Source: Deltaproteobacteria bacterium TL4
GTDB taxonomy: Bacteria > SAR324 > NAC60-12
Assembly (NCBI GenBank): GCA_051382335.1
Contig: JBBCAX010000055.1
Span: 1 to 16,071 of the forward strand
Length of the DNA stretch: 16,071 nucleotides
Direction: 5' to 3'
Each line of letters begins with the position of its first letter. Within the stretch, counting starts at the first letter, position 1. Made by a program: the position numbers and the translations under genes. Positions 7,877 to 15,920 of the stretch are shown in pieces. The notes under the pieces are model-generated. The model made no database searches, had not been told where the DNA came from, and was given only the letters and a program-made list of their open reading frames with translations.

Positions 7877-9127
7877 CTACCAACCGGACATATCTTTCAT
7901 ATTCATGGTTGTCAAATTTCCATCCACATCAATTTGATCAATGATAACACCACTAAATGACTCATTATCCTCTTGTCCATCCTTGGACTCTGTTGCCATT
8001 AAAGTTGAAATCAAACCAATAAAGTCCATAGGATCCACGCAACCTTCTGGTGGAAAAACACCTTTTGCGTCAATTCGTCCCTGTTGAATCAACAGCACGC
8101 CCATTGCGGCAGGAATCCCTGTCCCTTCGCCTAAAGCCTGACTCTTTGATGCCATATGGAAACGATACTCCATAGGTTCTCCATCCTTTTTGCCTTTGGC
8201 AACCACACTACAGCATCCTCGCTGTTGCCCAAAGTTTTCTTCTTTTAGAATGCGCTCACGCTCCCTGATTAAATAAGCAACGGCAAATTCATAAGGCACA
8301 ACTGATTGCCCTTGAACTTCTAAGGGAACCCGACTTGATAGACCCACTCTGCATAACTCACTGGTCAACGTATAGTAAGCATTAGGCAATACGGTTCCTT
8401 TATTGGTTACCTGGTTGAGTTTAAGGTATTTGGGAAGAGTCACCTGCTCTGGATGAGGATAAGGATAGATTGGAATGCCCTTACCTAAAACTGGGAAATC
8501 AAAAGTTTGACGAAGGGCCATCCCTTCTTCCTCAAAATATTTGACATACTTTAACGCTCCCTCAAGAAACATCGGAATATCAATACTCATACAATGAAAA
8601 CGATGTCCAATCACTCCCGGACCTTCAAAAGCTTCGCCTCCATGCGCATGGAAAATATCTATCGAATGCGTTTCATCCAATAACTGTTCTGCCGCGAATT
8701 TCGCGAGTAGATTCGTTGCGCCAGGAGAACTTCCCATCCCTATCAATGCTGTGATGCCAGCACGTTCTGCTGCTTCTTTATACTCTAAAATCTCAAGCGT
8801 TACATCAACATCATCACACACATCCACATAATTGATCCCGGCTTCAATCACGGTTGACAGCACCATCTTTACGCTCTTATAAAAAGGCCCCACGCAATTT
8901 AATACAATATCACAACCTTGGATCGCTTGCCGTAAACTTTCCTTCGACTCAACATCAACCTTGATCGCTGATATCTTGGAATTACTGATTCTTGCCATCA
9001 ACTGACGAGCCCGTTCCATATTGAGATCCCCAATGAGCACTTCTGAAAATATATCTTGGCTTGCCAACGTCTCTACCGCAACACTTCCTACCGCACCACA
9101 CCCCCCTAAAACTATAACCTTTGCCAT
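7877..9127 (-). CDS. Saccharopine dehydrogenase family NAD(P)-dependent oxidoreductase
   Basis: Rossmann motif VIVLGGCGAVG, LNCVGPFY, NYVDVCDD, GMGSSPGATN, HPEQVTLP and C-terminal TGIPAAMG...GVFPPE; strong AAGGAGGT RBS at 9133-9140. Confidence 0.92.
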   Translation of the reverse strand: MAKVIVLGGCGAVGSVAVETLASQDIFSEVLIGDLNMERARQLMARISNSKISAIKVDVESKESLRQAIQGCDIVLNCVGPFYKSVKMVLSTVIEAGINYVDVCDDVDVTLEILEYKEAAERAGITALIGMGSSPGATNLLAKFAAEQLLDETHSIDIFHAHGGEAFEGPGVIGHRFHCMSIDIPMFLEGALKYVKYFEEEGMALRQTFDFPVLGKGIPIYPYPHPEQVTLPKYLKLNQVTNKGTVLPNAYYTLTSELCRVGLSSRVPLEVQGQSVVPYEFAVAYLIRERERILKEENFGQQRGCCSVVAKGKKDGEPMEYRFHMASKSQALGEGTGIPAAMGVLLIQQGRIDAKGVFPPEGCVDPMDFIGLISTLMATESKDGQEDNESFSGVIIDQIDVDGNLTTMNMKDMSGW

Positions 9128-9252
9128 AAACTACCTCCTTTTGTCGGTACACCATATCAATGGAAGATTTTTTTTATTTTTAACGAAACCGCGTTAAATT
9201 TAACATCGTTTAATTTCGTTTAAAAATCAAGTTTAAATTTTTCAAGCCTGGG
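9128..9252 (-). promoter_or_regulatory. Promoter/operator region of the oxidoreductase-transporter operon
   Basis: Very AT-rich; tandem AAC-N3-GTT dyads (9187-9195, 9202-9210); GTTAAATTTAAC palindrome (9193-9204); candidate extended -10 TGnTAAATT on the minus strand; perfect SD. Confidence 0.6.
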
Positions 9253-10299
9253 TTAATCAATATTTTTGAGGACGTTTTCGTAGACTTGAGTTGTTTGTTG
9301 GATCGAACGTTCTTTACTGAAATATGTGGATAAAGCTTGGGCATTTTTTCGAACAGCAAGTTCATCACGTTCTAAGGCTTGTGTGAGTTTTTTGAGGGCT
9401 TGAGTGAACATCTCTGGTTGGGAATAAGGAAACACTTCAAGGGCTTCCCCCTGGATGTAATGTTGAATGCTCACTCGATCAGAAATCACGACGGGAACTC
9501 CTGAAGTTAAGGCTTCCAGAGCGACAAGACTGAAGGATTCAAAGCTCGAAGGGACAACCACAATACTGGCATTCCTATATTCCTGTCTCAGTTCATCATC
9601 GCTTAACCTGAGTTTGATCAGGGTGTTTTCTCTTTGAAACGGTTTTGCTTCAGGAGCCGCAATGGTGAGTTGATAATCAGGAGGAAGATGATTTTCTAAT
9701 AAGTTCAACCCTTTATTATGTACCATTCGCCCGACAAACAATACACGTTTTAAATCGTCGCGTTTGGATACCTCAGCAATATTTTCCAAAGAACACCACG
9801 GAGGAATAACACTCAGCTGATCTTCATGAATGGGAAGGGTTTGCAGTAAAAAATTCGTTGCAATGGGGTTTAAGCAAATAAAATGACGTGCGTGACAAAT
9901 AATGTTTTTTGTGAACCTTTCATAAAATAATTTTGCCATCCAAGGCCTTCTGTGATTTTCGAAAGGATGGTAGTAAGGAGAATAAATGATCGGATATCCT
10001 GAACGATGAGCTTCTTTGAAAAAAATCATAGCGGAAATTGAGGAAAAACCATGAACATGAACCAGGTCAGGTTGGTGATGGTTGAGTACTTTTTTTACGT
10101 CTCCGGCAAAAATTATTTTTTTATCGAACAAAAAACTTTTCGAGGGTAACCACGTTTCTCCCGGATAAACCGCAACCATTTCGAAATCTTGTATGGTTTG
10201 AAGTAATCCAGCGCAATGTCGTTCGATTCCCCCCAAAAATGGAACAATCCCGTCTGCTTTCAAGATTGGATTATCAACATACAGCAAAACTTTTTTCAT
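9253..10299 (-). CDS. Glycosyltransferase family 4 (GT-B)
   Basis: GGIERH N-terminal motif, PDLVHVH, LFVGRMVHNKG and PSSFESFSLVALEALTSGVPVV (E-x7-E). Confidence 0.93.
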   Translation of the reverse strand: MKKVLLYVDNPILKADGIVPFLGGIERHCAGLLQTIQDFEMVAVYPGETWLPSKSFLFDKKIIFAGDVKKVLNHHQPDLVHVHGFSSISAMIFFKEAHRSGYPIIYSPYYHPFENHRRPWMAKLFYERFTKNIICHARHFICLNPIATNFLLQTLPIHEDQLSVIPPWCSLENIAEVSKRDDLKRVLFVGRMVHNKGLNLLENHLPPDYQLTIAAPEAKPFQRENTLIKLRLSDDELRQEYRNASIVVVPSSFESFSLVALEALTSGVPVVISDRVSIQHYIQGEALEVFPYSQPEMFTQALKKLTQALERDELAVRKNAQALSTYFSKERSIQQTTQVYENVLKNID

Positions 10300-11714
10300 C
10301 TGTCCCCCGACAAAGGGGATATAATTTGAATTAACACGTTTTTTATGACCTTTACCGTAAACAACGTAAGAGCAACCAAAGTAGATTCACCCGAAAAACC
10401 CCTCAGTTTACACTCTTCCCACAGTGTTTTATAAGTTGAAATGTTTGAGGAAGTCAGTCCGATATTTCGAAAAATGCCTAGAATCACAGAGATTCTCTTA
10501 TAGGACTCCCCTCTACCTTTCAATAACCTATAAAAAAAAGCGGCATCCGCAGAAACAGGATAGGTGTGAAAATCATATAAACCCCATTTAAGGTGCAATG
10601 ACCTTTTGTAGACTAACCCTGTAGAGTGGCAAATGTGAGCAAAATGCTGATACCACGCAAGAGAGGGTGCGGGAATCCACAACCTCGCTGCATCGTTTTT
10701 TGAGATAATGGTCGTTCCCGCAATGATAGAGCAACCACGCCCAATTTTCATAACGGCTTCAATGGTTTCAGGAGAAAAACACAAATCATCCGCATTAACA
10801 AAATACAAATAGTCTCCAGTCGCGCACTGAATGCCTTTATTCATTGCGTCATAAATTCCGTTATCCGGCTCACTGATCCAATAATCGAGGTGACGTTCGT
10901 AGTGTTGAATAATAGGAATTGATTCATCCGTGCTGCCACCATCGATAACAATATACTCAATGTTTGAATAGCTTTGATTGATAACCGACTGAATTGCTTG
11001 TTCTAAGTAGCGTCCATTATTCAGCACTACGGTAATTACCGTGATCAAGGGTAAATTTTCTCTACCACATTTAAACCATCCTTTTTGACGTAACCCTCCT
11101 TCTTTTCGCTGATCGTTTTCAGGAAAAAATAAAACGTCCTCCCAAGAAGCCTTCCTCTCTTGTTGGAGGAGTGGCCTTGTTAGTGTGAGAAGTTGAGTTG
11201 TCGCAAAATCACCCAACGTTTTTTGCGGTTTTTGAGGCTCTTTGGAATGAGCGAAATGTGTCAGCAAAGGATGCTCCAGGGGGAGTGAAAGGTACTGATG
11301 CTGAATCGAGTTCCAGTACGAGGACAAGTGCAGAGATTCAGGGATCTGACGCCAACCTATCTCGGAAACATTAAGTCGAGGCTCACATAAATAGAGAATG
11401 GCTTTATGACGAATGTTTGAGCGACTTGTCCTCTTTTCGGTTAAGGTCGTTTCATCCCAACCATGATCAATGAAACGTTGTTTCAAACACTCCCTTCCAT
11501 AGGCATATCGAACATCAAGTTCCCACCCCTCGCCTTCTTCTGTTTTTAAGTTGCAGGAAACCAAAGACTCCCATCCCCTCAATGACAGCTTACGATGAGT
11601 CTCAGAAATCACAATCTCCTGAAAATGTTTTTCGGGCCATAAGTGCTTGCAAAAAACATAGAGTTCCTCTTTTTCAACAGGAGGGCTGAAAGCGGGAATC
11701 CACCGATTATCCAT
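10296..11714 (-). CDS. Glycosyltransferase family 2 (WcaE/WfgS-like) with a long N-terminal extension of unknown function
   Basis: PLITVITVVLN, IDGGSTD, SEPDNGIYDAMNKG and FVNADD in the C-terminal half; about the first 165 aa are not recognised. Confidence 0.88.
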   Translation of the reverse strand: MDNRWIPAFSPPVEKEELYVFCKHLWPEKHFQEIVISETHRKLSLRGWESLVSCNLKTEEGEGWELDVRYAYGRECLKQRFIDHGWDETTLTEKRTSRSNIRHKAILYLCEPRLNVSEIGWRQIPESLHLSSYWNSIQHQYLSLPLEHPLLTHFAHSKEPQKPQKTLGDFATTQLLTLTRPLLQQERKASWEDVLFFPENDQRKEGGLRQKGWFKCGRENLPLITVITVVLNNGRYLEQAIQSVINQSYSNIEYIVIDGGSTDESIPIIQHYERHLDYWISEPDNGIYDAMNKGIQCATGDYLYFVNADDLCFSPETIEAVMKIGRGCSIIAGTTIISKNDAARLWIPAPSLAWYQHFAHICHSTGLVYKRSLHLKWGLYDFHTYPVSADAAFFYRLLKGRGESYKRISVILGIFRNIGLTSSNISTYKTLWEECKLRGFSGESTLVALTLFTVKVIKNVLIQIISPLSGDR

Positions 11715-12549
11715 GATCCTTTCTCATAATCACTTGACGCGGCCAGTTTTCATCAAAAGGGAGCACTCCATTTGACGCATAGAAATACAAGTTATGTCGG
11801 GAAGTGTACTCCGATTCAAAGACTTTGACGTTCGCAAAATAAGGAGTCAAAAACCGGGCTAAATCGTTCTTGGATTTAAATTCATATTCATGCAAACTGT
11901 GCTGTTTCACCCCCTCTGATTTTTCGATAATGGTATAACCACTTAAAATGCCATCCGGTGTTAAGCTATGACGGATATTCCCCATAATCGTCTGAATTTC
12001 GTTCTCAGTAAAATGTTCAATAGCCGCATCCCAAATAATGTTATCAAAGCGTTTTTCAGGAAGTAAGGTACGAATATCTTGTAGTTTAAAGCTTATATTC
12101 GGACTCGCATGATAACGTTTCGCATGGGCAATCGCCTGTGGATCCATATCTACCGCCAGGAGATTCTTTGCCCGTACAGAGTAAAAGTGATAGGTATTAA
12201 AACCATCACCACAGCATAACTCCATCACTTCGGCATCAGCTCGTATTGAAAACAAGCTCCAAACCCCTCTTTCTACCCAAATAGGAATTTGTGAGGCACC
12301 CCACTGGTAGTAAAGGTCCAGATAGTGATCAAACCACTCGGGAGGATGAGGACTTCCCCACTCCACTAGCATTTGCCAAGCATGAGTTTTACGGACAAGT
12401 TTTCTTAGCAGATGATTCAGAAATTTAAGGCTTTTTAAAATCCTTGATTCGAGATGAGTGATTCTGATCAGTGTTTTTAATACGTTTTTCATTCTACTCT
12501 TAAAATTAGTTACGAAGTTACGAAGCAATCTGTCGAAACGATTCATCAC
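11707..12549 (-). CDS. Class I SAM-dependent methyltransferase
   Basis: Motif I VMELCCGDG, AVDMD, FDNIIWDAAIEHF, LTPDG; exact start uncertain. Confidence 0.88.
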   Translation of the reverse strand: MMNRFDRLLRNFVTNFKSRMKNVLKTLIRITHLESRILKSLKFLNHLLRKLVRKTHAWQMLVEWGSPHPPEWFDHYLDLYYQWGASQIPIWVERGVWSLFSIRADAEVMELCCGDGFNTYHFYSVRAKNLLAVDMDPQAIAHAKRYHASPNISFKLQDIRTLLPEKRFDNIIWDAAIEHFTENEIQTIMGNIRHSLTPDGILSGYTIIEKSEGVKQHSLHEYEFKSKNDLARFLTPYFANVKVFESEYTSRHNLYFYASNGVLPFDENWPRQVIMRKDHG

Positions 12550-12605
12550 AGCAAAATCATTTTCAAGGGGGGAATTCCATCAGGTAGAGCATTGCCAACG
12601 ATTTC

Positions 12606-13331
12606 TTAGCGGGGTTTTTGAACAATAATGAGATTACTCAGATAAAGCCTCTGATGATCAGGCAAGCATTTTGATAACACAAGTCCGAGCAATGTGACAG
12701 GAGCAATTAATAAAAGATTTAGGATGAATCGCAAATAGAAGGTTTTGGGGGAAATCCACGGCGCCAGATAAGCATTCCACAATTGAAAAATTGTCTCAAC
12801 GGAGTTCCCTGTTTTTTCTAAGTGCATCACTTGAAAGCCCTTTCCCTCTAGCAAATGGACCAATCCAAAGGAGGTATATCTCGCAAAATCATAAGGAATT
12901 TCATGTTCCTCCCAAACAAAAGGAACCGTCATGAAAAGCGTCCCTCCCGGTTTAAGAACACGATAGAGTTCGTCAAGGACTTCATTACTGTTGAAAATAT
13001 GTTCCAGGACTTCAGAGGAAAAAACGCAGTCAAAGGCATGATCTTCAAAAGGAAGGGTCTTTCCGTCATAGAATACATCAATGGTTTCGTTTTGATGATC
13101 ATGTCCACTTTCCTGAATATCCAACCCGATGTATTGGTTGACCTGAAACAAATGTTCATAGGGCTTGTCTCCACACCCAAAATCCAACATCACCCCTGTC
13201 ATCCGTTCCGCGTTAGCTTTTATTCTTTCAAACAAACGTCTTCTGACAAAATAGTAAGGGTTGATCAGAACCGACAACCATGAAGGCTGAAAGGCTTCCT
13301 TTCGATATAAACGTTTGAAGGCTTGAATCAT
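12606..13331 (-). CDS. Class I SAM-dependent methyltransferase (type 11)
   Basis: MLDFGCGDKPY, FDCVFSSEVLEH, RVLKPGG and VPFVWEEHEIPYDFARYT, typical of polysaccharide-locus methyltransferases. Confidence 0.92.
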   Translation of the reverse strand: MIQAFKRLYRKEAFQPSWLSVLINPYYFVRRRLFERIKANAERMTGVMLDFGCGDKPYEHLFQVNQYIGLDIQESGHDHQNETIDVFYDGKTLPFEDHAFDCVFSSEVLEHIFNSNEVLDELYRVLKPGGTLFMTVPFVWEEHEIPYDFARYTSFGLVHLLEGKGFQVMHLEKTGNSVETIFQLWNAYLAPWISPKTFYLRFILNLLLIAPVTLLGLVLSKCLPDHQRLYLSNLIIVQKPR

Positions 13332-13334
13332 AGT

Positions 13335-14333
13335 TTAATCCTCAATCCCAAGAAACGGACGCAAGGGATAAATATTCCGTGTTCCCCAAAAATATCGTTT
13401 TATCGTTTGTAAAGGAATTTTCCACGTTTTTTTCATGGGGAAGATTCCTTGATAATTCCCCTCGCCGTGAAGTTTTACTAACTCTTGATAGAGTTGATGA
13501 AGATGTTTGACATAGGGGCGATAAAAGGTTTCCAGATGATTTGAGGTCAAGCGATACCCCCCTGCCAGCTCCAGTGTTTCACGATTGAGATAGCGCATAT
13601 TATGAAAATGAAAAAACACCACCGGAAACAATTGACCGGTGGAAATCACGGTACCCCAAATTTTTCCTTCCTGCTCACTAAACCGATACTGCTGAACATT
13701 CCAAGGGGCAATACCGCCTCCTAAATGCTGAAGTTCGTGGATCCCCACAAAACGGGAAGGCCAGTCATCCAGGTATTTCTGATCCCCATATTTTCCGTTT
13801 TCCAATCGAGCGTAACACCATTCCAGACAGGACTGCTTCCACCAGTTCAGCACTTTCCGTCCATTTTCATCATTCTTGAACGTCACAAATTGCACACAAT
13901 ACGTCCCTAACACTTTTTCTAAATGCTGATGGGGCGAACTATAACGGTGTGCTGTAATCAAAACCGATTTCTGTGCCATCTCATGGATCAAACGCTCCGG
14001 AGAATTCCAAAAATAAAGATCCGCATCCAGATAGGTACAATGAGGGAGATCATAGGTCCTGATCGCATAATCAATCACTGCGGGAGTACAGGTCCAGCAA
14101 TACTCCGCAATACTCCTTTCTCTTTTAACCGCCAACAATTCTGCGTTTTCAAACGCCTGAAGCGCAATAATGGTTACGAATTCAAGCTGTTGTTGGGAAA
14201 GAATACGAAGGCACGTCTCATCGAACGCAAAAATATAAAGATGAAACGCTGGGCAATGCGCTCGAAGCGATTGAAACATTGCCAAACCGCGTGTCAGGTA
14301 ATGAGAATCAAATAAGGTGCAGAAATAAAGCAT
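13335..14333 (-). CDS. Putative glycosyltransferase (GT-A fold)
   Basis: FCTLFDSHYLTRGL start, EYCWTCTP, YLDAD (DxD), YGDQKYLDDWP, APWN and FFHFH motifs. Confidence 0.8.
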   Translation of the reverse strand: MLYFCTLFDSHYLTRGLAMFQSLRAHCPAFHLYIFAFDETCLRILSQQQLEFVTIIALQAFENAELLAVKRERSIAEYCWTCTPAVIDYAIRTYDLPHCTYLDADLYFWNSPERLIHEMAQKSVLITAHRYSSPHQHLEKVLGTYCVQFVTFKNDENGRKVLNWWKQSCLEWCYARLENGKYGDQKYLDDWPSRFVGIHELQHLGGGIAPWNVQQYRFSEQEGKIWGTVISTGQLFPVVFFHFHNMRYLNRETLELAGGYRLTSNHLETFYRPYVKHLHQLYQELVKLHGEGNYQGIFPMKKTWKIPLQTIKRYFWGTRNIYPLRPFLGIED

Positions 14334-14353
14334 GTTCCCGTAATTGAATACGA

Positions 14354-15175
14354 TTATGGACCATTCTTTTGAAAAAGATAGCCCTTTTGTTTTGCGCTTT
14401 GATAAGGTCTTTTTACTGTAAGTCGATCTTCATTCGCAACATCAAAATCTGCTATGAGTTGATAATTATTTTTTTCAAACAAATCCAATAGTTTGGCTTC
14501 ACTCAAAAACCACGCAGGATAACTCACATTATAGACCTGGGGCAGAACTTTTTGAATCGTCAAACGATCAGACGCTTCAGAAAGAACAAAGGTGCGATCA
14601 ATCAGGATATTGTTGAGGGGATACTGGAAAAGCTCCGTCAACAAACCATACGGATGTTCCAGATAGGGCAAGACGCTTGAGAGAAGGACAACATGGGGAT
14701 TTTTTTCCTGGATGCATGTTTTTAAATCCAAATAAAAATGAAGATTCTCAGTTTGAAAATAGTCCCAGCCACACTTTACAAAATGCTCCTGCTCCACAAT
14801 AGACCACTGTAACATTCGGAGTTCCTTAACAAATTCAAAATTCTGGTAATAAGAACTTCCTAAAGAACCTCCAAAATCCAGAACGCTTAAACAGTGATCA
14901 TTTTTCGAGGCAATCCACAGCAACGCGGCGAGAACAGGCCATGAATATTGCTTTTTTTCAAAGGTCACCGAGTCCCGCTCATAAGCCACCTCACCTTGCT
15001 TGACTTTCAGCATGGAGGCTTTAACCTTTTCCAGAACTTGAGGATCCTCATACCCATGGCATTTCTTCTGAACCGATTCCCAGTCCCGGAAATCACCAAA
15101 CCACCCATAGCGAAATTCTTTTCGCCATAGTTCCAATAAAATAGGAGGCATGAAGTGTTTTATCCTGTGTTTCAT
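14354..15175 (-). CDS. Putative methyltransferase, TIGR04325-like family
   Basis: YERDSV, VLDFGGSLGSSYYQ, WSIVEQ, SSVLPYL, IDRT and SYPAWF. Start at ATG 15175 (ATGA overlap with an upstream remnant); the ORF track starts at TTG 15187. Confidence 0.88.
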   Translation of the reverse strand: MKHRIKHFMPPILLELWRKEFRYGWFGDFRDWESVQKKCHGYEDPQVLEKVKASMLKVKQGEVAYERDSVTFEKKQYSWPVLAALLWIASKNDHCLSVLDFGGSLGSSYYQNFEFVKELRMLQWSIVEQEHFVKCGWDYFQTENLHFYLDLKTCIQEKNPHVVLLSSVLPYLEHPYGLLTELFQYPLNNILIDRTFVLSEASDRLTIQKVLPQVYNVSYPAWFLSEAKLLDLFEKNNYQLIADFDVANEDRLTVKRPYQSAKQKGYLFQKNGP

Positions 15176-15228
15176 ACAAACTGCCAATAGAGGTCATGAG
15201 TTTCATTCATAAAGCGCGTTCCTGAGCG

Positions 15229-15366
15229 TCAAGCCCCGATTTTTTTAGCCAACTTACGCATTGAAAAAGCATTAGGCCCTTCTTCCGTCAATAATTGACT
15301 CGCCGCATCAAGAATCCCCTTACGTAAGGCCGATTTATTCTCTTCTCTGATTTTTTGAATTTCCAT
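15229..15366 (-). pseudogene. Truncated TetR/AcrR-family transcriptional regulator (not in the ORF track)
   Basis: Manual translation gives MEIQKIREENKSALRKGILDAASQLLTEEGPNAFSMRKLAKKIGA* (45 aa). This is a TetR N-terminal HTH pattern that stops just before the recognition helix; AGGA upstream. Confidence 0.85.
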
Positions 15367-15436
15367 CAAATTTTATTCCTGCCTCATATTTATGTTCACA
15401 ATCACTCACTGAATTTAAACACCTAAAGGCCCAACC

Positions 15437-15451
15437 AATAACATCGTTATT
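15437..15451. promoter_or_regulatory. Palindromic putative TetR operator AATAAC-ATC-GTTATT
   Basis: Perfect 6-3-6 dyad about 70 bp upstream of the tetR remnant, overlapping a candidate minus-strand promoter TTGAAA-17 bp-TATTGG. Confidence 0.6.
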
Positions 15452-15690
15452 CATAAATTTCAATGGTTACTTGAGTTTTCGAAAAATGATTCTTGACTCG
15501 GTCAAGCTCCAAAAGAGCGATATTCGATAGCCCAGGGAAGCGCCCTGGGTTTTTGAAAAATCTTAAAAAACAGCACTGTAGGGGAGATATAAAAATAGTA
15601 CGTCCTCTTTTATATCGCCCTTACAGGGCTAAAATCTTATTGATAAATTATCTTCCCAGGGTTGCGCTTTGCTTACCCTGGGCTATGGAA

Positions 15691-15873
15691 CAATACCCGT
15701 GCATGAAATCATGTTCGTAGTTCCGCCTTTAGGCGGTAAGCCTTGCAGAAAAGCCGCCTAAAGGCGGAACTACGAACTTTTCACAATGACTTCAGAAAAA
15801 CTCGCTATAATTTTATAAGTAGCTGTAATTAAAATACTTATTATTATTTACCCAATTTCATTCACGGATATTG
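15691..15873. mobile_element. 183-bp MITE with IS4-like ends
   Basis: 19-bp TIRs CAATACCCGTGCATGAAAT / ATTTCATTCACGGATATTG (17/19); flanking direct repeat GGCTATGGAA (15681-15690) / AGCTATGGAA (15874-15883), 9/10. Confidence 0.85.
15713..15777. repeat. GTAG-type REP doublet (REPIN-like)
   Basis: Perfect 24-bp inverted repeat GTTCGTAGTTCCGCCTTTAGGCGG / CCGCCTAAAGGCGGAACTACGAAC with a 17-bp spacer; each arm has a GTAG foot and its own CCGCCT-NN-AGGCGG hairpin. Confidence 0.85.
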
Positions 15874-15920
15874 AGCTATGGAATATCGCCACTTTGTGGC
15901 TAACTTATTATAATCATTGA

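Larger units (their letters stand above)
15505..15901. repeat. REP-like composite palindromic element, interrupted by a MITE
   Basis: Outer arms AGCTCCAAAAGAGCGATATTCGATAGCCCAGGG (15505-15537) and CCCTGGGCTATGGAA|TATCGCCACTTTGTGGCT (15676-15690 joined to 15884-15901). Inner arms 15572-15594 and 15608-15630 match 20/23. Local hairpins CCCAGGG..CCCTGGG occur twice. Confidence 0.8.

Noticed and set aside
7877..9127. Assigning lysine biosynthesis (LYS9) or carboxynorspermidine synthase function
   Set aside because: Only family-level motifs are visible and no pathway partner genes are in the window.
12855..15130. ORFs 12855-13283, 12929-13180, 13725-13910, 13923-14315 and 14948-15130
   Set aside because: Shadow ORFs overlapping the methyltransferase and glycosyltransferase genes.
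662..15366. Alternative genetic code (TGA read-through), suggested by in-frame TGA in the transposase (875, 713), the tetR fragment and the SEC-C region
   Set aside because: Intact genes end in TGA, several with ATGA coupling (2678, 3949, 10296), and contain no internal TGA. The TGAs replace different expected residues and occur only in decayed genes.
15493..15720. 75-aa plus-strand ORF
   Set aside because: Lies wholly across palindromic repeats and a MITE junction, has a TTG start and no recognisable motif.
15732..15740. ops-like GGCGGTAAG upstream of a glycan cluster
   Set aside because: It is on the strand opposite to the glycan genes and is part of the REP arm.
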